Source of the DNA: an uncultured Planctomycetales bacterium
GTDB taxonomy: Bacteria; Omnitrophota; Gorgyraeia; Gygaellales; JAHJCI01
Assembly (NCBI GenBank): GCA_964588765.1
Contig: CAZPQS010000003.1
Span: forward strand, 1 to 35,436
DNA length: 35,436 bases
Direction: 5' to 3'
Within the stretch, counting starts at the first letter, position 1. Each line of letters begins with the position of its first letter. Positions 18,762 to 27,741 of this stretch are shown here, in pieces. The position numbers and the translations under genes are program-made. The notes beneath the pieces are model-generated. The model worked only from the letters and a program-made list of their open reading frames with translations. It did no database searches and had not been told where the DNA came from.

Positions 18762-20834
18762 TCAACTGCTTACAGAAATTGGAACGCCTATCTCGGCATT
18801 ACTATTGCTTACCAGGCTATCGTATTTTTCTCTTGCGATTCTTATGGCTTCTTTTCTTGAAGCACCGGCTTCAAAAGCCTTTTGTAGCTGGCTAATAACA
18901 AAACCGGTTCTTTTATATGATTGCCCGTCTTGAAAAGAATCGAGCATATCGTAATACCTGCGATAATCTGCGTAAGAATCTCCCCTGCCATCGATATAGT
19001 TCTGTATTACTGACTCTAAATCTTCAATCTCGCGAAAAACTATTTTACCCAAGCCTTGATTAGCAAATTCATTCTTTGTTAACCTGGTAAGGTCGGCGTG
19101 AAAGCTGACCGTCCCGGCAAAATAGCTTTCGGCCGCGGCGGTACTTAATCCTAACCCGATAACAAGATCGCTGGCCATTGCAATCTGGGCCGGGACAATC
19201 CGGTCATTAGGGCCACCTTTAAGAAAAACGGCTATTCGTTCTAAATCAATATAGCTTTTTAAATCTGGCAGATCTCTTAGTGCTCGAGACAGGGAATCCT
19301 TGCTTTTTGGCTTAAGAAAGACCACAATATTGCTGTTTTTCTCAATAAGTGAAATAATCATTTTATAAATCTGGGTATTACTCTTCCTGCCATATAAAGA
19401 ATCGTTACTCGGTATATTATCCTGATAGCATAGTACGAAATTCCCTTTATACCTTTCCCTTAATAGTTTTGCCTGAGGTTTAAGCTCCTCAAAATAGTGA
19501 TCAGAGATATATCCCGTAATAAAAATATCGAGATAGGGATATTTATTAAAAACGTTTTTTACAAAATATTGGCCCCAGGTAAATAAAATATCGCAACACT
19601 TCTCCATCCTGATATCCTGCGTGGGATAAAGACCCCAGTGACTGCTCATAAGCAGCCCATCTAATAACTCCAAGGCTTGGGCCTTAACCAACTTATCTGC
19701 TTCGGTATAATGCAAAGTCCACACCAGGCGTACCCCCATTTGACGATATAACGACTCCCAAACCAATACCCGATAAGCATACCCATCCTGACGGCATCTT
19801 ACCCAGTTGTTCTTATTCCAAAATAAAAGATACAAGAATGACCGCAATACATATTTAGCGGCTTTTAATAAATTCAAAATATCCACAGTTAAATATCGAC
19901 GTTCCTTAAGGTTCCTTTCGCTTATCGCGGAAAAACCTTGAAAGGGTCTCCTTAAAATCTTACAAAGATTAATCCCGCTTTTTTTAAGCTCATCTCTGGC
20001 TTCACGGTCATATTCTCTGAATTCCAGGCCATAAACAGTTTCTGGCGATATTGATGAGTTCTTTAACCAGTAAATATCATTGGGTTTATCGGCAGCGGTA
20101 GTTCCCTGAATCAATTCCACGCAAATATTTGAATGAGGCTTTTGGCTGTTTACGCTTTCTTGTCTTCTTTTTAAGAGTAGACAAAATACGACCCTGTTTA
20201 CCAGTAGCGAGACCCAGGACAAAAAGTGACGAACGACAAAACTGAATCGGTCAGTGTAATATTTTCTATTCAATATCGGGTCATATAAATAATCCGGTCT
20301 ATTTTGTATCTTTGCCAGATGGGCAAGGTAAGTCTTATAGAAAGAAATATTCTTGAAATCCAGAAATGCCGTGGCCATTTTAACAATTGGTGAGGAGCGA
20401 ACCAGATATAAAATATCATTCTTATTAGAAATCTTCTCGGATATAAATTGCAACTTAACTAAATAGATAAAATGATAATGTGCCTCTCTTTTAAGATGTT
20501 CCTTAAACTTTGTAAAATTATAGTTGTGCCTCTGGCAAAAAGTTTTGGCTTTCTCTATTGCTGGCTCTTTTTCCGACCACTCCTGTAATGCCTCATTGCA
20601 TTTTTTAATTATTAATTCGCACAATGAAACTCCGCCGATTTCCTCATCGCCTTCAGCCACATCCGTTACCTGGACAATGGGCCTTTTTATAAGCTTCTTG
20701 AGCAAGGAGGCAATAAAAGAAGAATAGCGGCAGCGATTAATATAATAAATCTTGTCAATCGGGTGTTTAATGTAAAGCCCGATTAGCTTAATTGCCGAGT
20801 TAAAAGTCAATAAATCTATCCAGATATCTTTCAT
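18762..20834 (-). CDS. Orphan 690-aa polysaccharide biosynthesis protein with GT-B-like C-terminus; paralog of 23608..25614
   Basis: DIYWL, FTWG, ITGY, FLKPK, ASDLVIGLGLSTAAAES, LDSFQDG. Confidence 0.6.
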   Translation of the reverse strand: MKDIWIDLLTFNSAIKLIGLYIKHPIDKIYYINRCRYSSFIASLLKKLIKRPIVQVTDVAEGDEEIGGVSLCELIIKKCNEALQEWSEKEPAIEKAKTFCQRHNYNFTKFKEHLKREAHYHFIYLVKLQFISEKISNKNDILYLVRSSPIVKMATAFLDFKNISFYKTYLAHLAKIQNRPDYLYDPILNRKYYTDRFSFVVRHFLSWVSLLVNRVVFCLLLKRRQESVNSQKPHSNICVELIQGTTAADKPNDIYWLKNSSISPETVYGLEFREYDREARDELKKSGINLCKILRRPFQGFSAISERNLKERRYLTVDILNLLKAAKYVLRSFLYLLFWNKNNWVRCRQDGYAYRVLVWESLYRQMGVRLVWTLHYTEADKLVKAQALELLDGLLMSSHWGLYPTQDIRMEKCCDILFTWGQYFVKNVFNKYPYLDIFITGYISDHYFEELKPQAKLLRERYKGNFVLCYQDNIPSNDSLYGRKSNTQIYKMIISLIEKNSNIVVFLKPKSKDSLSRALRDLPDLKSYIDLERIAVFLKGGPNDRIVPAQIAMASDLVIGLGLSTAAAESYFAGTVSFHADLTRLTKNEFANQGLGKIVFREIEDLESVIQNYIDGRGDSYADYRRYYDMLDSFQDGQSYKRTGFVISQLQKAFEAGASRKEAIRIAREKYDSLVSNSNAEIGVPISVSS

Positions 20835-20837
20835 AAA

Positions 20838-21740
20838 CTATATGCGTTTTGCTATTTTGCCGATAACGCTCTTGCCGATATTTTTAAGCCTTCGCACTGA
20901 CAGGTCTTTATAAGCTAAAGATTTAGCTAAAAAACTATACTTATTTCCGCTCAGATGATAACCCAGCCTGGCTATAACATCAGACATTAATATTTCCGGA
21001 TACTTTACCTCACTGCTATTTTTATCATTCATCCATCGAAAACAGGCCCTTTTATCAAACATCTGATCAATATCATGAAAACTTGAATTATTCGTCCAGT
21101 CCATCTCCCGGTCTTTAGCCAAAGACACCTCTCTCTTAACCGCTACACCTAAAAATCGCGATAACTGTTCTATAACCTTATCGGGATGAATAATTAAATC
21201 TTCGAATTTTACAACCAGTAACCTTTTATTTTTAATCTCTAAGGCGCTTTCTATGTCTGCTTTAAATTCGAGCATAGATTGGACGATGTCATAGTTGGCA
21301 AACCTATTTTTTGCGGACAATAGAATATCGCGGGGGTCCCGGTATATGTAGATAATATCGACATCGGTATCTCTGATAATATCGGTGAGTCGCTTACCCA
21401 GTATAGTTACTTTAGAACCAACGACTGAATACCTTTTATTCTCCTGCATCACATTAAGCGCTCGATCATACAACTGCTTTAAATTGGAAAAGTCTTTGCC
21501 GATATTACTCATCATATCGCTGCGTATTGCCCAGCTTTCCGCTTTAAGCTGAGAAAGTAATATATTTCTTTGTGTTTGGCTTAAAGGGTTTAAAAAAGAA
21601 GAAATCCCCATTTGGCTGGAAGCAGTAAAAATAGTTCTTAAAAAATCCCGGTAAATCAAAATGCCTTCCTGTGCATTTAAAAAATTGGCTAAAAGGGTTG
21701 TGCCGCTTCTTGTATAACCGGTAATTAACAACTTCTTCAT
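20838..21740 (-). CDS. Sulfotransferase-fold protein (bacterial type)
   Basis: ITGYTRSGTTLL (5'-PSB), YRDPRDILLS (3'-PB), VKFEDL, RFLGV. Confidence 0.85.
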   Translation of the reverse strand: MKKLLITGYTRSGTTLLANFLNAQEGILIYRDFLRTIFTASSQMGISSFLNPLSQTQRNILLSQLKAESWAIRSDMMSNIGKDFSNLKQLYDRALNVMQENKRYSVVGSKVTILGKRLTDIIRDTDVDIIYIYRDPRDILLSAKNRFANYDIVQSMLEFKADIESALEIKNKRLLVVKFEDLIIHPDKVIEQLSRFLGVAVKREVSLAKDREMDWTNNSSFHDIDQMFDKRACFRWMNDKNSSEVKYPEILMSDVIARLGYHLSGNKYSFLAKSLAYKDLSVRRLKNIGKSVIGKIAKRI

Positions 21741-21751
21741 CTCTCTCTACC

Positions 21752-22549
21752 TTATTTATAAATTTCCTCTTTAATGCTTTTTATTTTTTCTAAATTATCT
21801 CTGTAGTTCTTGGCAATTTTATTCTTGATTGACTGGTCAAGGTCGCGCTGCAGGCAATTTTGGTTAATTTTTATCACTTCGGGATGCTTATCCAGATAAT
21901 CAATAACCTCTTCTAAATTAATGATATCGACAAAGGGCACATTAGAATAAACATTGCTTATCATTTCGTAATCCTGGATATAGTCTAAGGTAAGACGCAG
22001 CTCGGGCCAGTTAAGTTTTCCTTTAATATCAATTGTTTTAACATTAAAAATTTCCGGTCTATTTATCAAATATTCCCAAATCTCGGTATCAACAATAGTT
22101 TTTACTCTGCAGACGGTAGCTAAAGCTTTCACGCGCATGCCATAAGTTGCTACGCCTAAAGGCAAACCCTTTAATCGGATAAAATCATAATTATTACTAT
22201 TAATCTCATCTACAATTAAATTAGAGTAGTTAACCGTAACAAAAGGATTATCCGCAGTAATACCGACAAAATAATCGAGATTAAACAAATTAGCCGCATC
22301 AAGCAGCCGCTTTAAAACATCATCTTCGTCTCCCCTGAAACAGCGAATATCATTTCTTCTTGCGATATCAACAAGGGGCTCATCTTGAGGATTAGTAGAT
22401 GTACAAAGGACTATCTCGCAGATGCCCTTTATCGCTTTTACCCGGTCAATTATCCTCTCAATAACTGTTTTACCGTTTAAGTCTTTTATTATTTTAAGCG
22501 GCAGCCGTTCTGACTTAAACCGCACAGTTATTAAAAACCCTATCCTCAT
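21752..22549 (-). CDS. SpsF-like cytidylyltransferase (CMP-ulosonate synthetase family)
   Basis: TVRFKSERLPLK, FRGDEDDVLKR, ITADNP, RLTLDYIQDY. Confidence 0.85.
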   Translation of the reverse strand: MRIGFLITVRFKSERLPLKIIKDLNGKTVIERIIDRVKAIKGICEIVLCTSTNPQDEPLVDIARRNDIRCFRGDEDDVLKRLLDAANLFNLDYFVGITADNPFVTVNYSNLIVDEINSNNYDFIRLKGLPLGVATYGMRVKALATVCRVKTIVDTEIWEYLINRPEIFNVKTIDIKGKLNWPELRLTLDYIQDYEMISNVYSNVPFVDIINLEEVIDYLDKHPEVIKINQNCLQRDLDQSIKNKIAKNYRDNLEKIKSIKEEIYK

Positions 22550-22561
22550 AATTAATACCTG

Positions 22562-23599
22562 TTATTTATTCTGACCTTCTGATTTACATTCAACTTTATT
22601 AAAATCTACAATCTCATCCGCGGCTATAGAAGCTTTAGCCTTAGCGCCGACTAATCGAAATAACTGGCTTTGCGATACAGCGCTTTCTTCTTTCGTCCTT
22701 TTAAACCAAAGGTCATCTAAGGAAATTATAGAGCCTTTATTAATGTTGCGCCGGGCGACAATTGCTTTTTTCATCGGCCCGATTTTGCCATAATCTATTT
22801 CACCCGGAGACATTTTTAACGACTCATCGCCATATACAGTCAAGGCTACGTCCATTAACTGCCTTATACGTATCATCTGCTCATTGCCCACTGCCGCCTG
22901 CCAGTCTATTCTTTCTTTGCCATAATCAGGCGTATAGTGTTTCTCCAGAATATTAAATCCCATGGTTGCGGCCATAACACTGATAATTTCGTTGTTTGGG
23001 TCATCCCAGGCAGTATGGTCGGCATAGCCAACGGACACCTTAAATAAATCGCGGACCTTCAGCATCTTAGACAAGTTGATATTTGCATAATCGGTCGGGT
23101 AGTTCTGGAACCCATACATCAATATAATTTCATTTTTTCCGGCGGATTTTAAAAAATTAACTGCGTATTCGATTTCATCCATGCCAGAGCCGCCAATCCC
23201 CAAGATTACAGCACCTTTAAACCTTGCGGCTTCATTAAGTAAGAACCAATCATTCAACCCCGTAGCATGAATCTCTACCGCAAACACATTCTTATTACCG
23301 CTATTGATATATTGTAAACTCTCAACATCATCGCAAAGCGCAACCACATCTAAACCTTTAGCGACTGAACGCTCAATAGCCGAATCCCACTGGTCTTTAG
23401 TAAAAACCCATTCTTTAACCTTCGGCATTAAGGGATGCCTGCTTTGCATATAACTTTCCGGATTCAATAATAGATGAAACTTAACCGCGTTAACTCCCGT
23501 GCCAGCTAAACCATCGATCATTTTATAAAGATAGTCGATTCGTCCTTCGTGGTTATAGGCTAATTCACCAATAATGTATGGTTTCGTTTTATCCCTCAT
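22562..23599 (-). CDS. neuB: N-acetylneuraminate synthase family protein with C-terminal SAF domain, atypical active site
   Basis: PYIIGELAYNHEG, AVKFH, NYPT, GYADHT, LEKHYT, C-terminal AIVARRNINKG...WFKR. Confidence 0.85.
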   Translation of the reverse strand: MRDKTKPYIIGELAYNHEGRIDYLYKMIDGLAGTGVNAVKFHLLLNPESYMQSRHPLMPKVKEWVFTKDQWDSAIERSVAKGLDVVALCDDVESLQYINSGNKNVFAVEIHATGLNDWFLLNEAARFKGAVILGIGGSGMDEIEYAVNFLKSAGKNEIILMYGFQNYPTDYANINLSKMLKVRDLFKVSVGYADHTAWDDPNNEIISVMAATMGFNILEKHYTPDYGKERIDWQAAVGNEQMIRIRQLMDVALTVYGDESLKMSPGEIDYGKIGPMKKAIVARRNINKGSIISLDDLWFKRTKEESAVSQSQLFRLVGAKAKASIAADEIVDFNKVECKSEGQNK

Positions 23600-23607
23600 A
23601 ATTCTTC

Positions 23608-25614
23608 CTATGCTGCACTTTGAACACCCTGCTTTAACTTAACCACCTTTTCCTCACCCCACTTACTAGAATATAAACTATCAGCCACAGCAAAAGCTCC
23701 TTGCCTGCTCATTCCCGAATTAAAGCCCTCTAATAGAGACTTGACATAAGAGCCTATGCGCAAACCCGCTCTTGCATCTCTAAATGGCTCTAATATATCA
23801 ATGTTTGAAGACCAATCACCAAGTCTGGATTCACTCTGGGGATTATCCTTATATCTTTTAAGTGCCTGCATTAAATCATCTAAATTATCATAAATTATTC
23901 TTTCCCTACCCCACTGATAATAAGGATGAAAATAAAACTTGGCAAAATCACAATGGACGCCTCGACACCCCGCTATAACCGCCTCATTAAGCGCCGAAGA
24001 TACTCCGGTTCCTACCGCAATATCCGCATTGAAAGATGCATCCGAAGGAAACCGCCCCACGGCATTATCTAATTGAATAAACCGTCCGGTATTTTGAGCT
24101 TTTGCGATTAAATCTTTGATTTCCGTTAACTTATGAAAAAACTTTAGTTTTTTTTCTTTGGCAATAAGGATAATATCCTCATCAGCAAATAGCCACTCAA
24201 AAAACTTACTGTAAAACTCTACCGTCATTCTGCGGGATATACGCGACTTCATAAGAAAACCACTAGGAAATAACGCAATAGTAAACTTGCGCCCGCCCTT
24301 TAAAGTAGCCGGGGCCTCCTGTTTCTGCTCCCGCTGACGCAAAGCCTGATCAAAAGGAAAACCCGATATAACAAGTCTTTCTACTACCCGACTTGTTCCT
24401 CTATGCGATATTGCTTCTTTACCCCAGATAAAAAATAAATGGTTAACGTTGTATTTCAAAAAAGGCTGCTCTTGGGGTATGGCTACGGTCGAACGCTGCA
24501 CACCCGCCCGCACTCCTCCGACAACATCTAAAGCTATGGTTTGCGCTATCAACTCCGGTAAAGATGCACCAATATCCATAACGACTTTAATATTAAAAAA
24601 CTTATAGAATGTTATCCAGCGATTGGTGTAGGCGATTAAATTCTTTACCCACAACAACAGCCATTTATCTACCGGGTTTAAAAACTCACCGCGCGATGCC
24701 AACTTTTTCCAATCCACAACCGGCTTGTCCTTCAATTTTATCCACTGATATTGCTTAGGATTAGCCAGGGCTTTTTTCTGCAAACAAACCACCTGCATAC
24801 CCATATTTTCTATTTTGCTTTGGATATCATCCGATATCGGCTCTTTTGCAGACTTATTCAAATCAAAATAAATAAGTACATTCTTTGGGTCAATATTTCC
24901 GCCGGGATACCAAAATAAATCGGAACGTTTTTCCAAATCAGCCCCCTCTACATAATGAACGGCTACCTTGGCTTGTCCCCCTGCTTTATCCAACGACGAC
25001 TTTTTTCTACCAATCAATAATCCCCGACTAATAAATAAACCCCGGACCCACTGCTTTAAGCCATTAATCTCCGGGCTCTTGTATCCACGGAATGAGCATT
25101 TATCATCGGCTACAATATTGGCAAATATAGCTAAAGTTGCAAAACTCTTACAAATAATAACATTTTGATTTACTCCTGCGTCAATATGATTTTCCCACTT
25201 AGAAGATAAAAACAGATGGAGCAGGGAGCGTATATCTTCAGCAATCTTGTGCTCAAAGAAGATATCAACATGCTCCGAAGGCAATAACTTACATATATCT
25301 TTATACAATTTAAGAGCCTTGATTGTTTCTTTTGTTTGCCTGGATATTTTCTGTAAATCAAAAATATACTCGGTAGCCATAGATTGATTGCCGACCCACA
25401 TATCGCCCAAAGGAACCTTAATCGCTTCGATCTTGAAACCGCCAAACTTAGCGACAAGAAGAAGTAAATGCTTTATTTTTTTGCTGGCTTCAAAATAGTA
25501 AACCCTGTCAACACCACCGCCAAGACAAGCGCTAATAACTCGATACAGACTAAATATTGACAATTTATCTACCCACAAAACCTTAATTCTCTTTCTATCG
25601 ACTACTTTATCCAT
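23608..25614 (-). CDS. Orphan 668-aa polysaccharide biosynthesis protein with GT-B-like C-terminus; paralog of 18762..20834
   Basis: RSDLFWY, FIWG, ISGFPFD, IAKEKK, ADIAVGTGVSSALNEA, LEPFRD. Confidence 0.6.
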   Translation of the reverse strand: MDKVVDRKRIKVLWVDKLSIFSLYRVISACLGGGVDRVYYFEASKKIKHLLLLVAKFGGFKIEAIKVPLGDMWVGNQSMATEYIFDLQKISRQTKETIKALKLYKDICKLLPSEHVDIFFEHKIAEDIRSLLHLFLSSKWENHIDAGVNQNVIICKSFATLAIFANIVADDKCSFRGYKSPEINGLKQWVRGLFISRGLLIGRKKSSLDKAGGQAKVAVHYVEGADLEKRSDLFWYPGGNIDPKNVLIYFDLNKSAKEPISDDIQSKIENMGMQVVCLQKKALANPKQYQWIKLKDKPVVDWKKLASRGEFLNPVDKWLLLWVKNLIAYTNRWITFYKFFNIKVVMDIGASLPELIAQTIALDVVGGVRAGVQRSTVAIPQEQPFLKYNVNHLFFIWGKEAISHRGTSRVVERLVISGFPFDQALRQREQKQEAPATLKGGRKFTIALFPSGFLMKSRISRRMTVEFYSKFFEWLFADEDIILIAKEKKLKFFHKLTEIKDLIAKAQNTGRFIQLDNAVGRFPSDASFNADIAVGTGVSSALNEAVIAGCRGVHCDFAKFYFHPYYQWGRERIIYDNLDDLMQALKRYKDNPQSESRLGDWSSNIDILEPFRDARAGLRIGSYVKSLLEGFNSGMSRQGAFAVADSLYSSKWGEEKVVKLKQGVQSAA

Positions 25615-26386
25615 TTCTGCTCAATCGCTTATCGGTTTTGCTTATTCGATGAAGATTAAGTTTTTCACCCGCGTCTATAATCGTAACGATAATCAAAACC
25701 AGCCCTAAAAGTGTGGCGGCAGCTAAATAAACCGTAAATAAAACGCGGCTCATACCAATAAACATAGCAATAAATAAAATTGCCATTCCCGCATCTGTAG
25801 TTAAGTTAGCGAATCTGCGTAAAGGGAATTTGCGAGATTTTATGGGATTAGTACTGTCGGCCTCTTCCAAGGCTTGATGCGAACCCTCCTCCGACTTAGC
25901 CCAATTATAAAAGAAAGAGGCACGATTAAGTAAATAAGCAGAAAAAAGTAAAATCATACTCACCGAAACCCCTAAAAAAAGAATAGTTAAATCTCCCTGC
26001 AATAAGAACAATCTGACTGCGAGCACGAAAGGCACCAGAACAACTATAATTGTATTCACTGTTCCGTCTAAGAATTTTCCATAATAGGTAGCTAAATCAG
26101 CACTGCGCGCTATGTTGCCGTCAACATGGTCGAATATGTACGATATAATATAGAAAATAACCCCTAAGGTAAAGAATTTGCCATAAGGCAAGGCCATAAA
26201 TATCAGACTCATTATCCCCGTAATAAAAGTAAGCACAGTTGCTTTATTTGGTGTATTTATACCGATTCTAAAACTAACAAAGGTTACATAAAAAGAAATC
26301 GGCCTGAAAATATATTTAAAAATAGCTGGATTAGTATCGCTGGCTTGATTGTACGATTCTTTTATTTGTTTAAGTGTATATTTCAT
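25607..26386 (-). CDS. CDP-alcohol phosphatidyltransferase family membrane protein
   Basis: RPIS, TPNKAT, signature DHVDGNIAR...GKFLD, about six hydrophobic segments. Confidence 0.85.
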   Translation of the reverse strand: MKYTLKQIKESYNQASDTNPAIFKYIFRPISFYVTFVSFRIGINTPNKATVLTFITGIMSLIFMALPYGKFFTLGVIFYIISYIFDHVDGNIARSADLATYYGKFLDGTVNTIIVVLVPFVLAVRLFLLQGDLTILFLGVSVSMILLFSAYLLNRASFFYNWAKSEEGSHQALEEADSTNPIKSRKFPLRRFANLTTDAGMAILFIAMFIGMSRVLFTVYLAAATLLGLVLIIVTIIDAGEKLNLHRISKTDKRLSRNG

Positions 26387-27081
26387 TGTCTTGCGCCCAC
26401 CTTTTCATTGTCGCATTTTAACCTGGCAATATGACGTAAAACCGGATGCATAATATAATAGGTCTGGCCCTTATCGCTATTTTGTTCATAAGCCTCTATC
26501 TGCTTATCTTGTAAATACTTCTTTATAATCTCAACCAGTAAATCGGCCCTTATTTTAGGGTCATAGGTATAATCGATATCAACGCCTTTAGGATGGTGAT
26601 ATTCTTTTATCGCCACAATGGAACCGCTATCAATATTCGAATCTAAGAATAACGCCGTAGCCGAACAGGTTTTGTCGGTTAAGATCTGATAATACACTGT
26701 AGTACTGCCTCTATACTCTGGAAGTCTTCCCGCATGAATATGCAGGAATCTTTTTCCCAAATTTAAAAAATCGGGTTTTAAGATTATCCCGCCGGGGCCG
26801 GAATAAATCACGATATCTGCCTTTAGCTCTCTCACTGCCTTTACAATAATACTATTATTGATACTATCGGTTTTGATAATCTGGTAGCTAGATTCAGTTC
26901 TATCTAAAAACTTTATAATCTCTTGCTTAATAGAAGAAGCCTTCTGGTCTAATAAAGAAGGTTCTTCCTGGAACAATATTACTTCACGGGGAATCAGGTT
27001 ATTCCTTGCCATCTCTTGCAGATATACTAGAGTTCTGACATTAAAAACAGCCAGCATTGAAAAGTTATTAAGCAATACCAT
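26383..27081 (-). CDS. Formyltransferase-family protein (N10-formyl-THF-dependent fold)
   Basis: YSGPGGIIL, LHIHAGRLPEYRGS, LDSNIDSG. Confidence 0.75.
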   Translation of the reverse strand: MVLLNNFSMLAVFNVRTLVYLQEMARNNLIPREVILFQEEPSLLDQKASSIKQEIIKFLDRTESSYQIIKTDSINNSIIVKAVRELKADIVIYSGPGGIILKPDFLNLGKRFLHIHAGRLPEYRGSTTVYYQILTDKTCSATALFLDSNIDSGSIVAIKEYHHPKGVDIDYTYDPKIRADLLVEIIKKYLQDKQIEAYEQNSDKGQTYYIMHPVLRHIARLKCDNEKVGARQ

Positions 27082-27739
27082 CGATTCCGATTGTTTTAGT
27101 TAATTTGGCTACTTCTTGCAGCTCTGCCGACAAAGCATTTTTCACCAGTAAAAGATCGATACATTCATTAATATCTTCGCTAACCGCGCACAATAAATCA
27201 TTAATCTTTAAGCAACAATTAAGATATTTCAAATTACCGGAAATACGATAATACAAAACGCAAAGCAAAGAAAGTAAGGCATAATTTGTTATATCTTTGT
27301 ATGTAGTTGCTTCTCTCTTAAATCCCTTGGCATAACTACAATATATTCTTTTAGTTACCTCATATTTGTGAACAAATTTATCTAACCAAAAGGTTACCTC
27401 GGTTTGCCTCCTACCTATATCCTCGGAAATAACCCCCAGGAGCGTTGCCAGCATCTCAACGGATTTAAACCCCTTATCCATGTAAAAATCCAGGAATCCT
27501 CCCTCGACATCCAAAGGTAAAAACGCAACACAGCGAGATAGAACGCCTAAAAGCTCTTCTAAGCTTAAATCCTTATTGCCCGAAACCGCTGTTTTTTGCG
27601 CTAATTTCTCCATAATTATTTCTCTGGATTCCTTATATGTTTGCATGAAGGCTAATCCCTGATAAGGTGGATACCAGTAATTGAGCGGATTTTCAAAACC
27701 ATTCGTTTTAGAATATGTATATTGTAGAGACGCTTCCAT
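27068..27739 (-). CDS. Hypothetical protein adjacent to the phosphoramidate genes
   Basis: 223-aa ORF coupled to both neighbours (2-bp gap and 14-bp overlap); no motif recognised. Confidence 0.7.
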   Translation of the reverse strand: MEASLQYTYSKTNGFENPLNYWYPPYQGLAFMQTYKESREIIMEKLAQKTAVSGNKDLSLEELLGVLSRCVAFLPLDVEGGFLDFYMDKGFKSVEMLATLLGVISEDIGRRQTEVTFWLDKFVHKYEVTKRIYCSYAKGFKREATTYKDITNYALLSLLCVLYYRISGNLKYLNCCLKINDLLCAVSEDINECIDLLLVKNALSAELQEVAKLTKTIGIDGIA

Positions 27740-27741
27740 AA

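Noticed and set aside
8534-20840. TAG stops in frame with the next gene (TAG-GCA-ATA-AAA-ATG at 8548, TAG-ATG at 13647, TAG-TTT-ATG at 20840), raising stop read-through or recoding
   Set aside because: Other TAG stops (17688, 23608, 32103) are out of frame with the next gene, in-frame spacing is expected one time in three, each ORF is a complete domain set, and 13644 has its own RBS. Translational coupling is sufficient.
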